DNA of 64,000 nucleotides from an uncultured Candidatus Saccharibacteria bacterium (GTDB lineage Bacteria; Patescibacteriota; Minisyncoccia; Phycocordibacterales; Phycocordibacteraceae): NCBI GenBank assembly GCA_964360975.1, contig CAYHYY010000001.1, positions 959 to 64,958 of the forward strand, read 5' to 3'. Shown piece by piece: positions 8,575 to 19,664 of this stretch (position 1 is its first letter; each line of letters starts with the position of its first letter). The notes under the pieces were generated by a model. It saw only the letters and a program-made list of their open reading frames with translations, ran no database searches and was not told where the DNA came from. The position numbers and the translations under genes were made by a program.

Positions 8575-10278
8575 ATGAGCAGACTTTTTATAACCAGTGC
8601 AGTCCTTGTGGTGACCCTCGTCACGGGCATTGCGCTACGGTTCGCAGGACTTCTTTATGGATTGCCACTCGATGTAGCGGGAGACGAATTTCTTCACGTT
8701 GCCACAGCGCTCGCCTTTATGAATGATATGTCGCTCGTTGCGTGGCACAGCTTTTCGTATGCGCCGACGCTCATTGCGGTTCTCCTCGCACCGTTCTACG
8801 CAACCTTTGGCCTCGCTGGCGTTGTGCTTGGCTGGTTTGACGGTATCTCGTCATTTAAGGAATTCGCTATTCTTAACAGCACATGGTTTCTCGTCGGTCC
8901 GCGTATCATATCGGCGTTGGCGGGCGCGGCTTTCCTCGGGGTCTTGTATTTATTTACCAAACGCATAATGGGAACCGGTGCGGCGACGATTGCTCTCATG
9001 CTTGCGACATTTGATTTCTGGCTCGTGCACGAATCACAACTCGGACACATTTGGATGCCGCTTACATTTCTTACCCTCTGTTCTTGGTACGCGAGCCTCC
9101 GCATCTTCCAAGATGGAGGTCGCCGATGGTATGTTCTTGGCGCCTTGTCGCTCGTTTTAGGGTACTGGGCCGGTTTCATACCGGCGCTCATGCTTCCTTG
9201 GCTCGCGCTCGCGCATTTCATGCGATCCGATCACGTGAAGGCAAATCTTTACCTTGGTGCGGGCATCGCGATTTCTGGCCTCGCACTGGTCACCTTCCTC
9301 AATCCGTACAGTTTCATGCGGCAATTCGGCGGCACCGTCGCCCGGGGACTACTGAGCGTTTTTGGTGTTGACGTATTTTCATCGGGACTAATTTCCGAGA
9401 CATGGCGTCATGCGAGTGACGGCATTGTGCATCCTCTGGAAAACATCGTGACGATGGCTTCAGTACTTTTTCACGCGAACCCGCTTCTGGTGATTGTAGG
9501 CGTCACGGGGCTCATTATTTTTATGTACCGCAAGAAACTTTCTTATGAATCACTGCTTCTCGTCGGTTTTCCAATAGCGTATCTCGGCGTTGCATCACTC
9601 ATTTGGCCGAACCCAGACGATCGATACATTCTCCCGCTTATCGCACCTCTATTAATTGGCGCAGGATATTTATTTTCCGAGATATACGATCATACACGAT
9701 TACGAAATAGGGGTATTGCTTCGGGCATAGTGGTCATGATGTTCGCACTGACGCTGCTCATATCAGTGCAGGTGACAGCGCAGTACTCAAAATTGTTCTT
9801 TGTCACCGATACCAGGGTCGCCGCTTTGGATTGGATCATTGGGCACATCGAGGACGGTGCTCTGGTCGCGACGTATGGCAGTCACTATTTTGAGCTACCG
9901 CGCAATGCTTTAGTGACGCAGGATCTTGCAGAGACACTACCAGGCGAACTCCGCACAAAAGATCGATACTTACTTGATCGTCCCGCCACTATGTACCCAT
10001 CACCTTCATACTATGTTCTCCGTGATGGAGAAATCGACCAGCTTGCCGCCCAAGGGTTTTCCATTCCGTCGTTTGAATATCTCGTGACGACATCATTTGA
10101 TCCAACAACGTTGCAAGTTCCAGGCCTGCAGTATGAACGGATTCAACGCTTCACTCCTCGGGAGAACGGAGGTGCGGTAATCAATCTATTGCAGGATACA
10201 GACAGATGGTTATTACTGCATCTTCTTGGACTGAAAAATCTCGGGCCATACGTTGAGGTGTACCAGCGCGTAAAATAA
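8575..10278 (+). CDS. GT-C fold membrane glycosyltransferase (PMT/ArnT-like, GT39/GT83 family)
   Basis: About 12 predicted TM helices in the N-terminal 400 aa and a soluble C-terminal domain. Sits next to a polyprenyl-P-sugar GT2 and a flippase-like protein. Confidence 0.55.
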   Translation: MSRLFITSAVLVVTLVTGIALRFAGLLYGLPLDVAGDEFLHVATALAFMNDMSLVAWHSFSYAPTLIAVLLAPFYATFGLAGVVLGWFDGISSFKEFAILNSTWFLVGPRIISALAGAAFLGVLYLFTKRIMGTGAATIALMLATFDFWLVHESQLGHIWMPLTFLTLCSWYASLRIFQDGGRRWYVLGALSLVLGYWAGFIPALMLPWLALAHFMRSDHVKANLYLGAGIAISGLALVTFLNPYSFMRQFGGTVARGLLSVFGVDVFSSGLISETWRHASDGIVHPLENIVTMASVLFHANPLLVIVGVTGLIIFMYRKKLSYESLLLVGFPIAYLGVASLIWPNPDDRYILPLIAPLLIGAGYLFSEIYDHTRLRNRGIASGIVVMMFALTLLISVQVTAQYSKLFFVTDTRVAALDWIIGHIEDGALVATYGSHYFELPRNALVTQDLAETLPGELRTKDRYLLDRPATMYPSPSYYVLRDGEIDQLAAQGFSIPSFEYLVTTSFDPTTLQVPGLQYERIQRFTPRENGGAVINLLQDTDRWLLLHLLGLKNLGPYVEVYQRVK

Positions 10279-10292
10279 GATATAACGTATAC

Positions 10293-11252
10293 ATGAATCA
10301 GGGCTCCATTGATCCCAAGCGGGTAGAGGTTTCCGTAGTCATTCCCGCGTATAACGAAGCAGAGAGCATTGAGCCGCTTTACCGCGAACTCGTAGACGCT
10401 CTGCATGGCGTTGGGAAGCGTTACGAGATAATTTTTGTCGATGACGGTTCAACCGATGCGACGTTACAACGCATGAAGTCTTTTGAAGAAACTACCGTGT
10501 TATCTTTCACCAGAAACAACGGAAAATCGAAAGCGCTTGAAGTTGGGTTTTTAGAAACGAACGGAGATATCGTGTTCACCCTTGATGCTGATCTCCAGGA
10601 TGACCCAAAAGAAATTCCAAAATTTATTGAAGCTCTAGAACAGGGATCTGATCTCGTTGTTGGCTGGAAAGAGAAGCGACTCGATCCTTTCGAGAAACGG
10701 TTTTTCTCTAAAATCGCGAATGCCGCGGCCCGTCTCCTCGCTGGGTCAATGGTGCATGACATGAATTGTGGATTTAAGGCATTTCGCGGTGACATTGCGC
10801 GAAATCTTCGCCTCTATGGCGATATGCATCGATATATCCCCGCAGTTGTTTCGAATTTGGGGTACCGTGTTTCTGAAGTATCGGTGCAGCATCGCGAAAG
10901 AAAATTTGGGAAATCTAAATATGGACTCTCCAGACTACTTGCAGGTTTCTTTGATCTGGTAACCTTACTCTTTATGAGGAAATTTTTTGACCGGCCAATG
11001 CACTTTTTTGGACTATTCGGTATGGGATCGGCGGGCATTGGTCTTATGGTGCTGGTCTATCTCTCATATCTGCGGCTTGTGCTCGACGAAACCATAGGTA
11101 ACCGACCGTTGCTCTTTCTTGGTATCCTTCTCGTGGTTGTTGGATTTCAACTTTTATCGTTAGGGTTATTGGGAGAATTGGTTATACGCCAAGGTGGTAC
11201 GCGTAACGCGCCCGCACTCAAGTACGCACGGCGCGGTCGTTTGCATGATTAG
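10293..11252 (+). CDS. GT2 polyprenyl-phosphate sugar synthase (DPM1/ArnC/GtrB-like) with two C-terminal TM helices
   Basis: VVIPAYNEAESI, FVDDGSTD, and LDADLQDDP motifs. Hydrophobic C-terminal tail. Confidence 0.75.
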   Translation: MNQGSIDPKRVEVSVVIPAYNEAESIEPLYRELVDALHGVGKRYEIIFVDDGSTDATLQRMKSFEETTVLSFTRNNGKSKALEVGFLETNGDIVFTLDADLQDDPKEIPKFIEALEQGSDLVVGWKEKRLDPFEKRFFSKIANAAARLLAGSMVHDMNCGFKAFRGDIARNLRLYGDMHRYIPAVVSNLGYRVSEVSVQHRERKFGKSKYGLSRLLAGFFDLVTLLFMRKFFDRPMHFFGLFGMGSAGIGLMVLVYLSYLRLVLDETIGNRPLLFLGILLVVVGFQLLSLGLLGELVIRQGGTRNAPALKYARRGRLHD

Positions 11253-12195
11253 TCGGTCGACTGCATTTTTCATCCTTAAGCTCCTGGTCAGCGCGTCAAT
11301 CCTCGCGTTTCTTTTTTCAGTCATAGACGTTCGCGTGCTGTATTCGCACATTTCAGATGTTTCCATTTTCGTGTTCATTGCGGCAAGCTTGCTCTACATC
11401 GTTGCCACGCTGATAGCAACGCTTCGTTGGAATGTACTTCTCAGATCAGATGGCATTCGTATTCCCCTGCAACGTCTCTTTGCATATAGTCTCTCGTTTA
11501 ATTTTTATGCGGTCGCGCTTCCTGGCGGAAAGATTGGTGCTGAGGCGATACGGATATATGAGGCGATAAGCGATAATCCGGGCATCAGCAGGGAAGCAAT
11601 CATCGTGCCGACACTGGTTGATCGAGTCGCTACGGTTTTCAGCTCGCTCGTCGTGGCTATTATTTTTTTCATTGTATTCCCTGGAGTCGCCGTGCAGTTT
11701 CCGTGGTGGATTCCATACGTCGGCATTGGCTCCATTGCCATAGTCATCGCCATGGTCGTGCTTCCTTTTGAGCGGCTATTTGGCATCGATAAACGAGTTG
11801 GCGTTCCCATGCTCCAGTCGGTGACCACGGCACTCACCGCGTATCGAAAAAAGTCGGGAACTCTTGTCGTTACCGTTGCGCTCTCACTCATCATGAATGG
11901 AGCGATAGCGTTCGCGATGTATTTATTCGCTGTGTCGCTTGGTATTTCGGTAACATATATGCTTATGTTTGCTCTTTTTTCAGTTGGTATGGTTTCGACG
12001 TTCATCCCTATTTCTCTTGCTGGTATCGGCGTACGAGAGGGAGTGGTTGCGTACCTCTTATCTATTATGGCCGCAACCTCGCTTGAGGTTGGAGCATCAG
12101 TGACATTTTTGGCACTCGCCGCATCATTTTCTGGTGTTGTTGCAGGAGCGCTCGTTGAATTTAGACGCCACTTCCTTATAAAAAGGAATCCATGA
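11245..12195 (+). CDS. Flippase-like membrane protein (lysylphosphatidylglycerol-synthase TM region/UPF0104 family)
   Basis: Multi-TM protein. LLRSDGIRIPLQRLFAYSLSFNFYAVALPGGKIGAEAIR matches the family signature. The start was moved to ATG 11245 (8 nt overlap with the upstream stop). Confidence 0.55.
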   Translation: MISRSTAFFILKLLVSASILAFLFSVIDVRVLYSHISDVSIFVFIAASLLYIVATLIATLRWNVLLRSDGIRIPLQRLFAYSLSFNFYAVALPGGKIGAEAIRIYEAISDNPGISREAIIVPTLVDRVATVFSSLVVAIIFFIVFPGVAVQFPWWIPYVGIGSIAIVIAMVVLPFERLFGIDKRVGVPMLQSVTTALTAYRKKSGTLVVTVALSLIMNGAIAFAMYLFAVSLGISVTYMLMFALFSVGMVSTFIPISLAGIGVREGVVAYLLSIMAATSLEVGASVTFLALAASFSGVVAGALVEFRRHFLIKRNP

Positions 12196-13289
12196 CCAAG
12201 CTTCTCTACATACTGCCGGAATATGTTGCTGACGCGCATACGCACTTCTCTTACATTCCCGCACTACTTGATCGTGTCGCCGACTCGCTTGAGATTTCGC
12301 TTATCGTTTTGCGTGGCTCACGGCCACACCTACCCCGCGTAAAGCGGATAATGGTTTGTTCACGCATTCCGTTGATTCGCCATATCGAATTACCGCTCTA
12401 CATCCTGTACGCGCGTTTGAGAGGAGCCACGGTTGCGTATGTGCACTACTCATTCGCCGGCGCATTTCTTGCCGCACTCATCTTTCGGGTGACGGGCGGG
12501 AGAGTATTGTATTGGAACTGCGGGCTGCCGTGGCTTTATCAGCGTTCGTTTTTTAGGGGTGCTTTCGAAGGACTCGTCTATATGTTTGTTTCCGGTGTCG
12601 TCACGGGTACTGAAAAGCTTGCTGATCACTATGCAGAGCAGTACGTGCTCTCACGAAAGAAAATCCATGTCATGCCTAATTGGATTGATGTCGAAAAAAC
12701 AAAAATTGACGCGGGCAACGATGACGTACTGAGGGTGCGAGAATCTTTAGGGATTGCTCAAGAAACGCGATTAGTGCTCTTTGCGCATCGTCTTTCAGAG
12801 AGGAAGGGGGCACACTACTTGCCTGCAATAGTGAAGCGGTTGCCGCGTGAGTCACTGCTCATTGTTCTTGGCGACGGTCCCTCGCGTGATCACGTTGAAA
12901 GACAAATAGCTGAGCTTGGAATGGAATATAAAGTCAGATTTTTTGGGTGGCAACCTCACAGAACGGTTCTGAAATTTATGCGTGCGTCTGACGTATTTAT
13001 TATGCCTTCAGATGAAGAAGGCTTTCCGCACGTGCTCTTAGAGGCCATGGCACTCTCTATTCCATTCGTCGCGAGTGCCGTTGGTGGAGTACCAGAAATT
13101 CTTCCGCCGGGACCTTTGAGTAGACCCATCGAAAAGGGAGACATGACTAAATTTTCTGATTCCATAGCACTGTCCCTCGTCCTTCCAAAAGTCATTAAGG
13201 ACGCGTGGATGCAAGAAACCCAGCAGTGGGTCATGCAGTATGATCTGAGACAAGTCTCGAAGCGTTTTATAGAACTTGTTTCATTATGA
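12192..13289 (+). CDS. Glycosyltransferase family 4
   Basis: IMPSDEEGFPHVLLEAMALSIPFVASAVGG motif. Confidence 0.7.
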   Translation: MTKLLYILPEYVADAHTHFSYIPALLDRVADSLEISLIVLRGSRPHLPRVKRIMVCSRIPLIRHIELPLYILYARLRGATVAYVHYSFAGAFLAALIFRVTGGRVLYWNCGLPWLYQRSFFRGAFEGLVYMFVSGVVTGTEKLADHYAEQYVLSRKKIHVMPNWIDVEKTKIDAGNDDVLRVRESLGIAQETRLVLFAHRLSERKGAHYLPAIVKRLPRESLLIVLGDGPSRDHVERQIAELGMEYKVRFFGWQPHRTVLKFMRASDVFIMPSDEEGFPHVLLEAMALSIPFVASAVGGVPEILPPGPLSRPIEKGDMTKFSDSIALSLVLPKVIKDAWMQETQQWVMQYDLRQVSKRFIELVSL

Positions 13290-14374
13290 AGAAAGGGGCC
13301 ATACTCCTCGCTATCAATGACCTCGGTTTTGGTGGCGGACAAAGAACGGTAGTAGAGGAAGCGAACGAGCTCAGTAAGCGCGGCATTGACGTGCACGTCG
13401 TGACGACACTCGCGGGTGGTGCGCATAGTCTCGCGAGATACCTTTCAATCAGGAAAGACCATATACACCATGTTTCGTTTCGTTCTCTATTTGATGTTGC
13501 CGGGTACCGCTCGTTAGTTGCCCTCTATAAAACCATCAAGCCAGAGGTCGTTGTTTCTAATCTCTTTCACACGAATACGATAACGCGCTCCATGAAGTTT
13601 TGCTTTCCACGCGTCCGTGTCATCGTTCGTGAGGGAAATATTCCGAAAGAGAAAAGTATCTACGTTTCAATTATCGATACAGTACTTTCTCTTCTTACCT
13701 ACAGAGTAATTTCTAATGCCGTATACGTTCAGCGTGCGCTCAAAATACAAACTTTGTTTGCAAAGAAAGCAGTCCTCTATAACGGAGTCTCGGCGCAATT
13801 CTTTGAATCCAACTCAGAATTTGATTTTAAAGCTGCGCGCATTCGGGAAAAGATTCCTCTCGAAGCTGTCATTTTCTTTGCTGCGGGCTCCTTAGTAGAA
13901 AAGAAAGGGTACCGTGATCTTTTGACAGCCTTCAGCCGTCTTTCGCCTCACTGCCACCTCATCATAGTTGGGGAAGGATATTTGCGGAGCGAGTTGGAAC
14001 GCTTCGTGCCCGAGCACGGATTGATTGGGCGCGTTCATTTTCTGGGGAATATTTCTGATATGTCGCACCTGTATCATCTCGCGGACGTATTCGTGCTCAC
14101 GTCGCATTGGGAAGGCGTGCCGAATGTGGTCCTCGAAGCGATGGCCTCAGCGCTCCCCGTGGTCGTGACAAACGTGGGAGGAATTTCAGAGGTTGTCGAT
14201 GATGGTGTTGAGGGGTACCTTGTTCCCTCTGGCGACATACGCGCTATAACATCGAGACTTTCTGAACTCTCGCATGACGAAGCGCTCAGGACGCGTCTTG
14301 GAATGAATGGTCGTAAAAGAGCGCATACATTCATGTGGCCAGCTCATGTTGATCGCTTGCTCGAACTCATCTAG
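13286..14374 (+). CDS. Glycosyltransferase family 4
   Basis: LTSHWEGVPNVVLEAMASALPVVVTNVGG motif. Confidence 0.75.
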   Translation: MKKGAILLAINDLGFGGGQRTVVEEANELSKRGIDVHVVTTLAGGAHSLARYLSIRKDHIHHVSFRSLFDVAGYRSLVALYKTIKPEVVVSNLFHTNTITRSMKFCFPRVRVIVREGNIPKEKSIYVSIIDTVLSLLTYRVISNAVYVQRALKIQTLFAKKAVLYNGVSAQFFESNSEFDFKAARIREKIPLEAVIFFAAGSLVEKKGYRDLLTAFSRLSPHCHLIIVGEGYLRSELERFVPEHGLIGRVHFLGNISDMSHLYHLADVFVLTSHWEGVPNVVLEAMASALPVVVTNVGGISEVVDDGVEGYLVPSGDIRAITSRLSELSHDEALRTRLGMNGRKRAHTFMWPAHVDRLLELI

Positions 14375-14376
14375 CT

Positions 14377-16158
14377 ATGTGCGGCATACTCGGATTTTCA
14401 GGTTCAGACGAAGCGCTCGCAAAGCGTATGGCGGATGTTATAGAGCATCGTGGTCCCGATGACTGGGGAGTCTTCTCCGACACGCGCTTTACGTTCGTGA
14501 ATCGACGCCTTGCCGTCATTGATCTCTCACCGAAGGGGCATCAGCCAATGTGGACGCCCGACAACGAGCTTGGTATCGCCTATAACGGCGAGATTTACAA
14601 TTACAAAGAACTTCGCGCTGAGCTTGAAAAGCGTGGAGAAATATTTGAGAGCGAGAGCGACACCGAAGTCATTCTTCGTGGATTTTTGCGACAAGGTGAA
14701 TCCTTCTTCTCAAAAATGCGCGGCATGTGGGCCATCGCCATCTACGATCCCGCAAAAAAGACCGTCACGCTTTCACGCGATCCATTCGGCATCAAACCAC
14801 TGTATTACCTAAAGGATGAGAAAGGGTTCGCGTTCTCTTCTGAAATGAAGGCACTGAATCTCTACTGCCGAGAAAAACGGATAAAATTGCACCTCTCGCG
14901 TATTGGCTGCGCGTCATATTTCACGCTCGGCTACGCGATCCATCCGCATACGGTCTTTGAGGAAATAAAAAAGTTTGAGCCCGGCGTTGTCATGACCCTC
15001 TCGCTCTCAGACGGGAAAACGATGTCTACAAAAATAAAGTGGAAGCCGACACAGGTTGAAGAAACACTTGAAGGAGTTCTGCGGGACTCGGTACGGCACC
15101 ACCTGATCGCTGAAGTGCCCGTCGGGGTATTTCTTTCGGGTGGCGTCGATTCAACGCTGATAGCACTCATGCTGAAAGAATTAGGGATACCACTCCATGC
15201 GTTTACGGTTGAGATTGAGGGCAGGAAAGATGCATCGTACGCAAAGAAAGTTGCTGCGTTCGCAGGTCTCAAACACCACACCATTCAACTTACCGATGAA
15301 AATCTACGGAGCGCGTATGACGAATTTTTTCAAGCAGTTGATGAACCGGTTGCCGACACTGCTCTTATTCCGTCGCTCGTCGTCTCCAAAGAGGCTCGGA
15401 AGTATGTTACCTGCGTCCTCACTGGAGAAGGCGGAGACGAGCTTTTTTACGGTTACGATCGGTATGTTTCCCTGCGTCGAATGAACCGTATTCAAGCCTC
15501 AAACGGCATGCTGGAGACGATACTACCAAGACCCGCATTCGGCCCCTGGAAGGCTCTGGCGCGCCGTGTGAGGCTTCTCGAGGCCTACCTGAGGAATGAC
15601 CTTCTCGAAGGATATCTCGACGTCGCTGGCATAGGTGCAGGCGAAAACACGTATCGCGTTGTTGAGGACGAATTGCGCGCGCGAACGCACGGTAAAGCCG
15701 AGGTGAGTTATTTTGATGAAAATTTTTACCTTCCAGACGCACTCCTCTATAAGAATGATATCGCGACCATGGCGCACTCGGTGGAAGGGCGAACGCCATT
15801 TTTAGATAGAGACGTCGCCGCATATGCAAAAAAACTTTCTCTTTCTGAAAAGCATCGTGGTACGGTTGGGAAACGACCACTCCGAAAGCTCCTCGAAGAA
15901 CGATTGCCGAAAGAACTCATTATGGAAGGTAAGTCTGGGTTCAGTGTTCCCCGAGAGCTTCTGAGAAAGTTAGTAGAAAAAGATATGCAGGACGCACTCA
16001 CCACCATAGAAGGGCTTCGCACGGATGTTTTGCCGCAGTATTTCAGAAAACTTGGTAACCCAGAATTTCGCGCAAAGGCATTTGTAGCACTCCCCATGCT
16101 CCCATTTGCACTCGTAGTTTTTGCACGGGTAGTTTCACAATATGATGTCGCCTCTTGA
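14377..16158 (+). CDS. Asparagine synthase (glutamine-hydrolysing) family amidotransferase, copy 1
   Basis: MCGILGF nucleophile Cys, SGGVDSTLIA PP-loop, 593 aa. Its position in the glycan cluster suggests sugar-acid amidation rather than Asn synthesis. Confidence 0.8.
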   Translation: MCGILGFSGSDEALAKRMADVIEHRGPDDWGVFSDTRFTFVNRRLAVIDLSPKGHQPMWTPDNELGIAYNGEIYNYKELRAELEKRGEIFESESDTEVILRGFLRQGESFFSKMRGMWAIAIYDPAKKTVTLSRDPFGIKPLYYLKDEKGFAFSSEMKALNLYCREKRIKLHLSRIGCASYFTLGYAIHPHTVFEEIKKFEPGVVMTLSLSDGKTMSTKIKWKPTQVEETLEGVLRDSVRHHLIAEVPVGVFLSGGVDSTLIALMLKELGIPLHAFTVEIEGRKDASYAKKVAAFAGLKHHTIQLTDENLRSAYDEFFQAVDEPVADTALIPSLVVSKEARKYVTCVLTGEGGDELFYGYDRYVSLRRMNRIQASNGMLETILPRPAFGPWKALARRVRLLEAYLRNDLLEGYLDVAGIGAGENTYRVVEDELRARTHGKAEVSYFDENFYLPDALLYKNDIATMAHSVEGRTPFLDRDVAAYAKKLSLSEKHRGTVGKRPLRKLLEERLPKELIMEGKSGFSVPRELLRKLVEKDMQDALTTIEGLRTDVLPQYFRKLGNPEFRAKAFVALPMLPFALVVFARVVSQYDVAS

Positions 16159-17290
16159 TAAAAAAATTAGAGTGGCGATCATGGCGGACGTCATTGATCG
16201 CAGACCTGAGCGAACGTTGGTCGCGAGAAGACTTGCCGAGTATTTGCTCACGCGAGAGGACGTAGAGCTGACGCTCATTCATTACGAGAAAGTGCCTGAC
16301 GACACCTTGTACGATAGGGCGCATGAAATTATTATCCCGACGGTGACGTTCCCGTTTCGATCTCGGTTCCTTTCGTTTCTGAAATTTGCGATCACGACGA
16401 AAGAACAGTTCGACATTGTGCATTGGTTGGTCGGGAGGGTCTATCCGTTCTTCTGGTGGCTTCCTACGAAGAAGACCATGGTGACCGCATTCGATGGTGG
16501 AAGCGTGTTCGCGCCTGGTCCGTGGATAGTCTCGCGTTTTATATACAACTGGGTTTTGAGACTTTGGAACTCAAAAATCGCCGCTCTTGTCGGGTCCTCG
16601 TCTTTTGGAAGCGAACAAATACGGAGCGCATACTGGGTACCGCAAAAAAGGATGCGAATAGTTCCAGTTGGCATTGATACGTCGTATCAACCGAGAGAGC
16701 AAACAGATATAGCATCCGCGCTTCGCGGGCGCGGACTTTCATACAAAGGATACGTGCTCTATGTCGGCGGGATGCAACCTCACAAGAATGTCTCAGCACT
16801 CATAGCCGCGTACACCATGTATAGAAAGGATGGTGGAAGCGGCAAACTCGTTATCGTTGGCGATCCAGCATACGGTGGCGGGGTAGTAGAGCGCGTCATC
16901 AATGAATCACCGTACAAAAGTGACATCATCGCTTTTCCGTATTCATCAAACGAAGAACTACCAAAGATCTATAACGGAGCACTCATGTACGTACATCCTT
17001 CCTTGAACGAGGGGTTCGGTTTGCCTCCCGTAGAGGCTATGGCTTCGGGAACCCCGGTCGTATCTTCAAACGCCGCGTCTCTCCCTGAAGTAACTGGTGG
17101 GGCCGCACTTCTTGTTGATGCAAAAAAACCGCAAGCATTAGCTGATGCGATGCTGAAAGTTCATAACGACCTAAAGCTTCAGGAAGAGCTTTCCCGGAAG
17201 GGTATTGAGAGCGCGAAGCGCTACACGTGGGAGAAAATGGGTGAGCAGTACGTCAGCCTGTATCATTCACTCTTGAGAAGTTCATCATGA
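16142..17290 (+). CDS. Glycosyltransferase family 4
   Basis: [34 protein letters not shown] motif. Confidence 0.7.
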   Translation: MMSPLDKKIRVAIMADVIDRRPERTLVARRLAEYLLTREDVELTLIHYEKVPDDTLYDRAHEIIIPTVTFPFRSRFLSFLKFAITTKEQFDIVHWLVGRVYPFFWWLPTKKTMVTAFDGGSVFAPGPWIVSRFIYNWVLRLWNSKIAALVGSSSFGSEQIRSAYWVPQKRMRIVPVGIDTSYQPREQTDIASALRGRGLSYKGYVLYVGGMQPHKNVSALIAAYTMYRKDGGSGKLVIVGDPAYGGGVVERVINESPYKSDIIAFPYSSNEELPKIYNGALMYVHPSLNEGFGLPPVEAMASGTPVVSSNAASLPEVTGGAALLVDAKKPQALADAMLKVHNDLKLQEELSRKGIESAKRYTWEKMGEQYVSLYHSLLRSSS

Positions 17291-18240
17291 CCGAAAGAGC
17301 TCATTGCCCATTTTGCGGAAAGAACGCGAGCTTTTCTCAAAAGACATCGCACGTTGATCCGCAGTCGAATACGCACTACGACCTCTATGAATGCTCATCC
17401 TGCACTGGGCAGTTTTTTGAACCGTTAAAAAATCCTGGCGCTTCGTGGTACGAGCATGACGAACGCTACGCAGGACGAAATCAAGATCCCATTCTCGACG
17501 CGCAGTGGAATCATAAAGCGGTCATCGCAGAGCTTCAGCCAACAGTTGGCGATGTCTTGGATGTCGGATGCGGTGTGGGAAATTTTCTTGCACATGCGCA
17601 GTCGAAAGGATGGAACTGCTGGGGAATCGATTTTGATAAAGATGCAATTGAAGCTGGAAAGAAAACATTTGGTCTCGCAAACCTTTTCGTTTCCGATATT
17701 CATGAGTTCCGCCGCGTTCATTCAGGAAAGCAATTTGATCTTGTCACTTTTTTTGATGTATTGGAGCACATTGATGATCATGAACGATTTATGGAGGCAG
17801 TTCACTCGATGGTGAAAGACGGTGGTCACATCGCGATGTCCATGCCACATTCGGCCCACGCCGAGTTTCTCATGCCGACCGATGTGCCGCCGCGGCATCT
17901 AACTCGCTGGAATGAAAAATCGCTGACACAGTTTCTGAATAGCCATGGATTCGATATCACGTACCTCAAGCCGCGCGCTGAGGGTATTCGCTTTATTATT
18001 CTCAAACTTCGTTTTAAATACGGGAAGAAATTCTCCATGGGTCTCGTCGAGAAAGTTCGTGAGAAAGCAGCAGTTGAGGGGAAACCAGTTGGCCGAAGAG
18101 TCCTATTGGCGAGAACGCTCGCGCTCATAAAAGATACAGTTCTATTCGGCATTCCCGCGTTCTTTATTTGGCTCGCACTTCTTCCGACAAGAAAGAAGTA
18201 CGTCTCTATCGTCGCCATCGCTCATAGGAGGGTGAGATAG
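17287..18240 (+). CDS. Class I SAM-dependent methyltransferase with an N-terminal Zn-ribbon (CxxC..CxxC) and a C-terminal TM helix
   Basis: CPFCGK..CSSCTG, VLDVGCGVGNFL motif I, and a C-terminal hydrophobic stretch. Paralog of the gene at 24552..25544(-). Confidence 0.6.
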   Translation: MTERAHCPFCGKNASFSQKTSHVDPQSNTHYDLYECSSCTGQFFEPLKNPGASWYEHDERYAGRNQDPILDAQWNHKAVIAELQPTVGDVLDVGCGVGNFLAHAQSKGWNCWGIDFDKDAIEAGKKTFGLANLFVSDIHEFRRVHSGKQFDLVTFFDVLEHIDDHERFMEAVHSMVKDGGHIAMSMPHSAHAEFLMPTDVPPRHLTRWNEKSLTQFLNSHGFDITYLKPRAEGIRFIILKLRFKYGKKFSMGLVEKVREKAAVEGKPVGRRVLLARTLALIKDTVLFGIPAFFIWLALLPTRKKYVSIVAIAHRRVR

Positions 18241-18274
18241 TCAAAAGCTTTCCTTACGTGCTACGGTAATCAAC

Positions 18275-19033
18275 ATGAACAAATGGCAAAGGCGGATACG
18301 ATCGTACACGGGATACCAGTTGCAGCGGAAAGTACAAAAGTTTTTTCGAAAATGGTTTCTTGCTCCTCTACCTGCAGACGTCATAAAAACGCTTAAGTCA
18401 AAACGCGTGCAAGTCCTCGATGTCGGTGCCGGAGGGCGAGCACTCGGCGTGCTTTTGCCGTACGCGGAAAATATCGACATGTTTATGAGCGAAGCGTCCA
18501 AGGTTGAAGCCGAGAAACTCCGTGCCAAAAAACATCCTTGGCACTCGACCACCATCATCGGCCAGGCTCTCGGAAGTAAGAATGGAGTCGAAACCCTGTA
18601 CGTTACTCGCTCGCCGAGCCTTTCGTCGTTACTGAAGCCCGACGTCTCTGTCATTAATCAGTATCGATTCTTCAGCAGCTACGCAGAGCCGGCTGACGGT
18701 GACTACGAAGTATTGCGTGAAGAGATTGTCGAGACTGCAACACTTCAAAGCGTCATGGACAAGTGTCAGATCAAGCCGTACTTGATAAAGTTGGATACGC
18801 AGGGGACGGAGCTTTCTATTCTCCAGTCCGGCGATTTGTCGGAGGTACAGGTCATATTGATCGAAGTAGATTACGTGCCGCTCTATACGAACCAGCCAGT
18901 TTTTGAAGAAATTGATGCGTACCTTAAAGGACAGGGTTTTTCACTCTTCAGAAATTCACCCTTCACCGCGGACGTGAGAAAAGACGGCAAGCATGTTAAG
19001 GTCGGCGGAGACGCGATATACGTTCGTCCGTAG
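18275..19033 (+). CDS. FkbM-family methyltransferase
   Basis: VLDVGAGG...[16 protein letters not shown]...VQVILIEV matches the FkbM pattern (iKiDvEGaE..L.G). Confidence 0.55.
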   Translation: MNKWQRRIRSYTGYQLQRKVQKFFRKWFLAPLPADVIKTLKSKRVQVLDVGAGGRALGVLLPYAENIDMFMSEASKVEAEKLRAKKHPWHSTTIIGQALGSKNGVETLYVTRSPSLSSLLKPDVSVINQYRFFSSYAEPADGDYEVLREEIVETATLQSVMDKCQIKPYLIKLDTQGTELSILQSGDLSEVQVILIEVDYVPLYTNQPVFEEIDAYLKGQGFSLFRNSPFTADVRKDGKHVKVGGDAIYVRP

Positions 19034-19049
19034 AGTACAGTGGTGTCAT

Positions 19050-19664
19050 ATGATTCCCTTCGCACTGAAAAAGTTCATAAGTAAGCTGCGGCACAGAACG
19101 CCAACAGGTGCGGGCTATATTTCGTGGCACGCACGCATTGAGGGTAAAGGAGCCATCAACGTCGGCGCACACTCGTTTATAGCGCGCGATGCGTGGCTGC
19201 ATTCACGAACTCCAAAGTGCAATATTACGATTGGCGAATACAGTTCTGTTGAGTCGTACGCGCGCCTCGTTACCCAAGACGGAGGACACATTAAAATTGG
19301 CGATCACACCAAGGTAGATTCGTTCTGTGTCATCTACGGTCATCCGGGAAGTGTTGAAATTGGGAGCTACGTACGCATGGCTACGCACATCGTTATAGTT
19401 CCCGCGAATCACAAATTTGCAGGCACCGGCATGATTTATGGGCAGGGAGACACGAGTGAAGGCGTCGTCATAGAGGACGACGTGTGGATCGGCTCGGGTG
19501 TCATTATTCTGGACGGCGTGAGAATTGGCGCGCATTCAGTCATTGGAGCCGGCTCCGTTGTTACTAAAAGCGTTCCTCCGCAGTCTGTGGTAGTAGGTGT
19601 TCCTGCGAAAGTAATAAAGACGAGAACCGACAGCGAAACCCCATCTGAAGAGGGAATGAAATGA
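19050..19664 (+). CDS. Hexapeptide-repeat (left-handed beta-helix) sugar O-acetyltransferase
   Basis: Runs of [LIV]G-x4 repeats: [26 protein letters not shown] ... [27 protein letters not shown]. The start was moved to ATG 19050, after the upstream stop. Confidence 0.75.
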   Translation: MIPFALKKFISKLRHRTPTGAGYISWHARIEGKGAINVGAHSFIARDAWLHSRTPKCNITIGEYSSVESYARLVTQDGGHIKIGDHTKVDSFCVIYGHPGSVEIGSYVRMATHIVIVPANHKFAGTGMIYGQGDTSEGVVIEDDVWIGSGVIILDGVRIGAHSVIGAGSVVTKSVPPQSVVVGVPAKVIKTRTDSETPSEEGMK

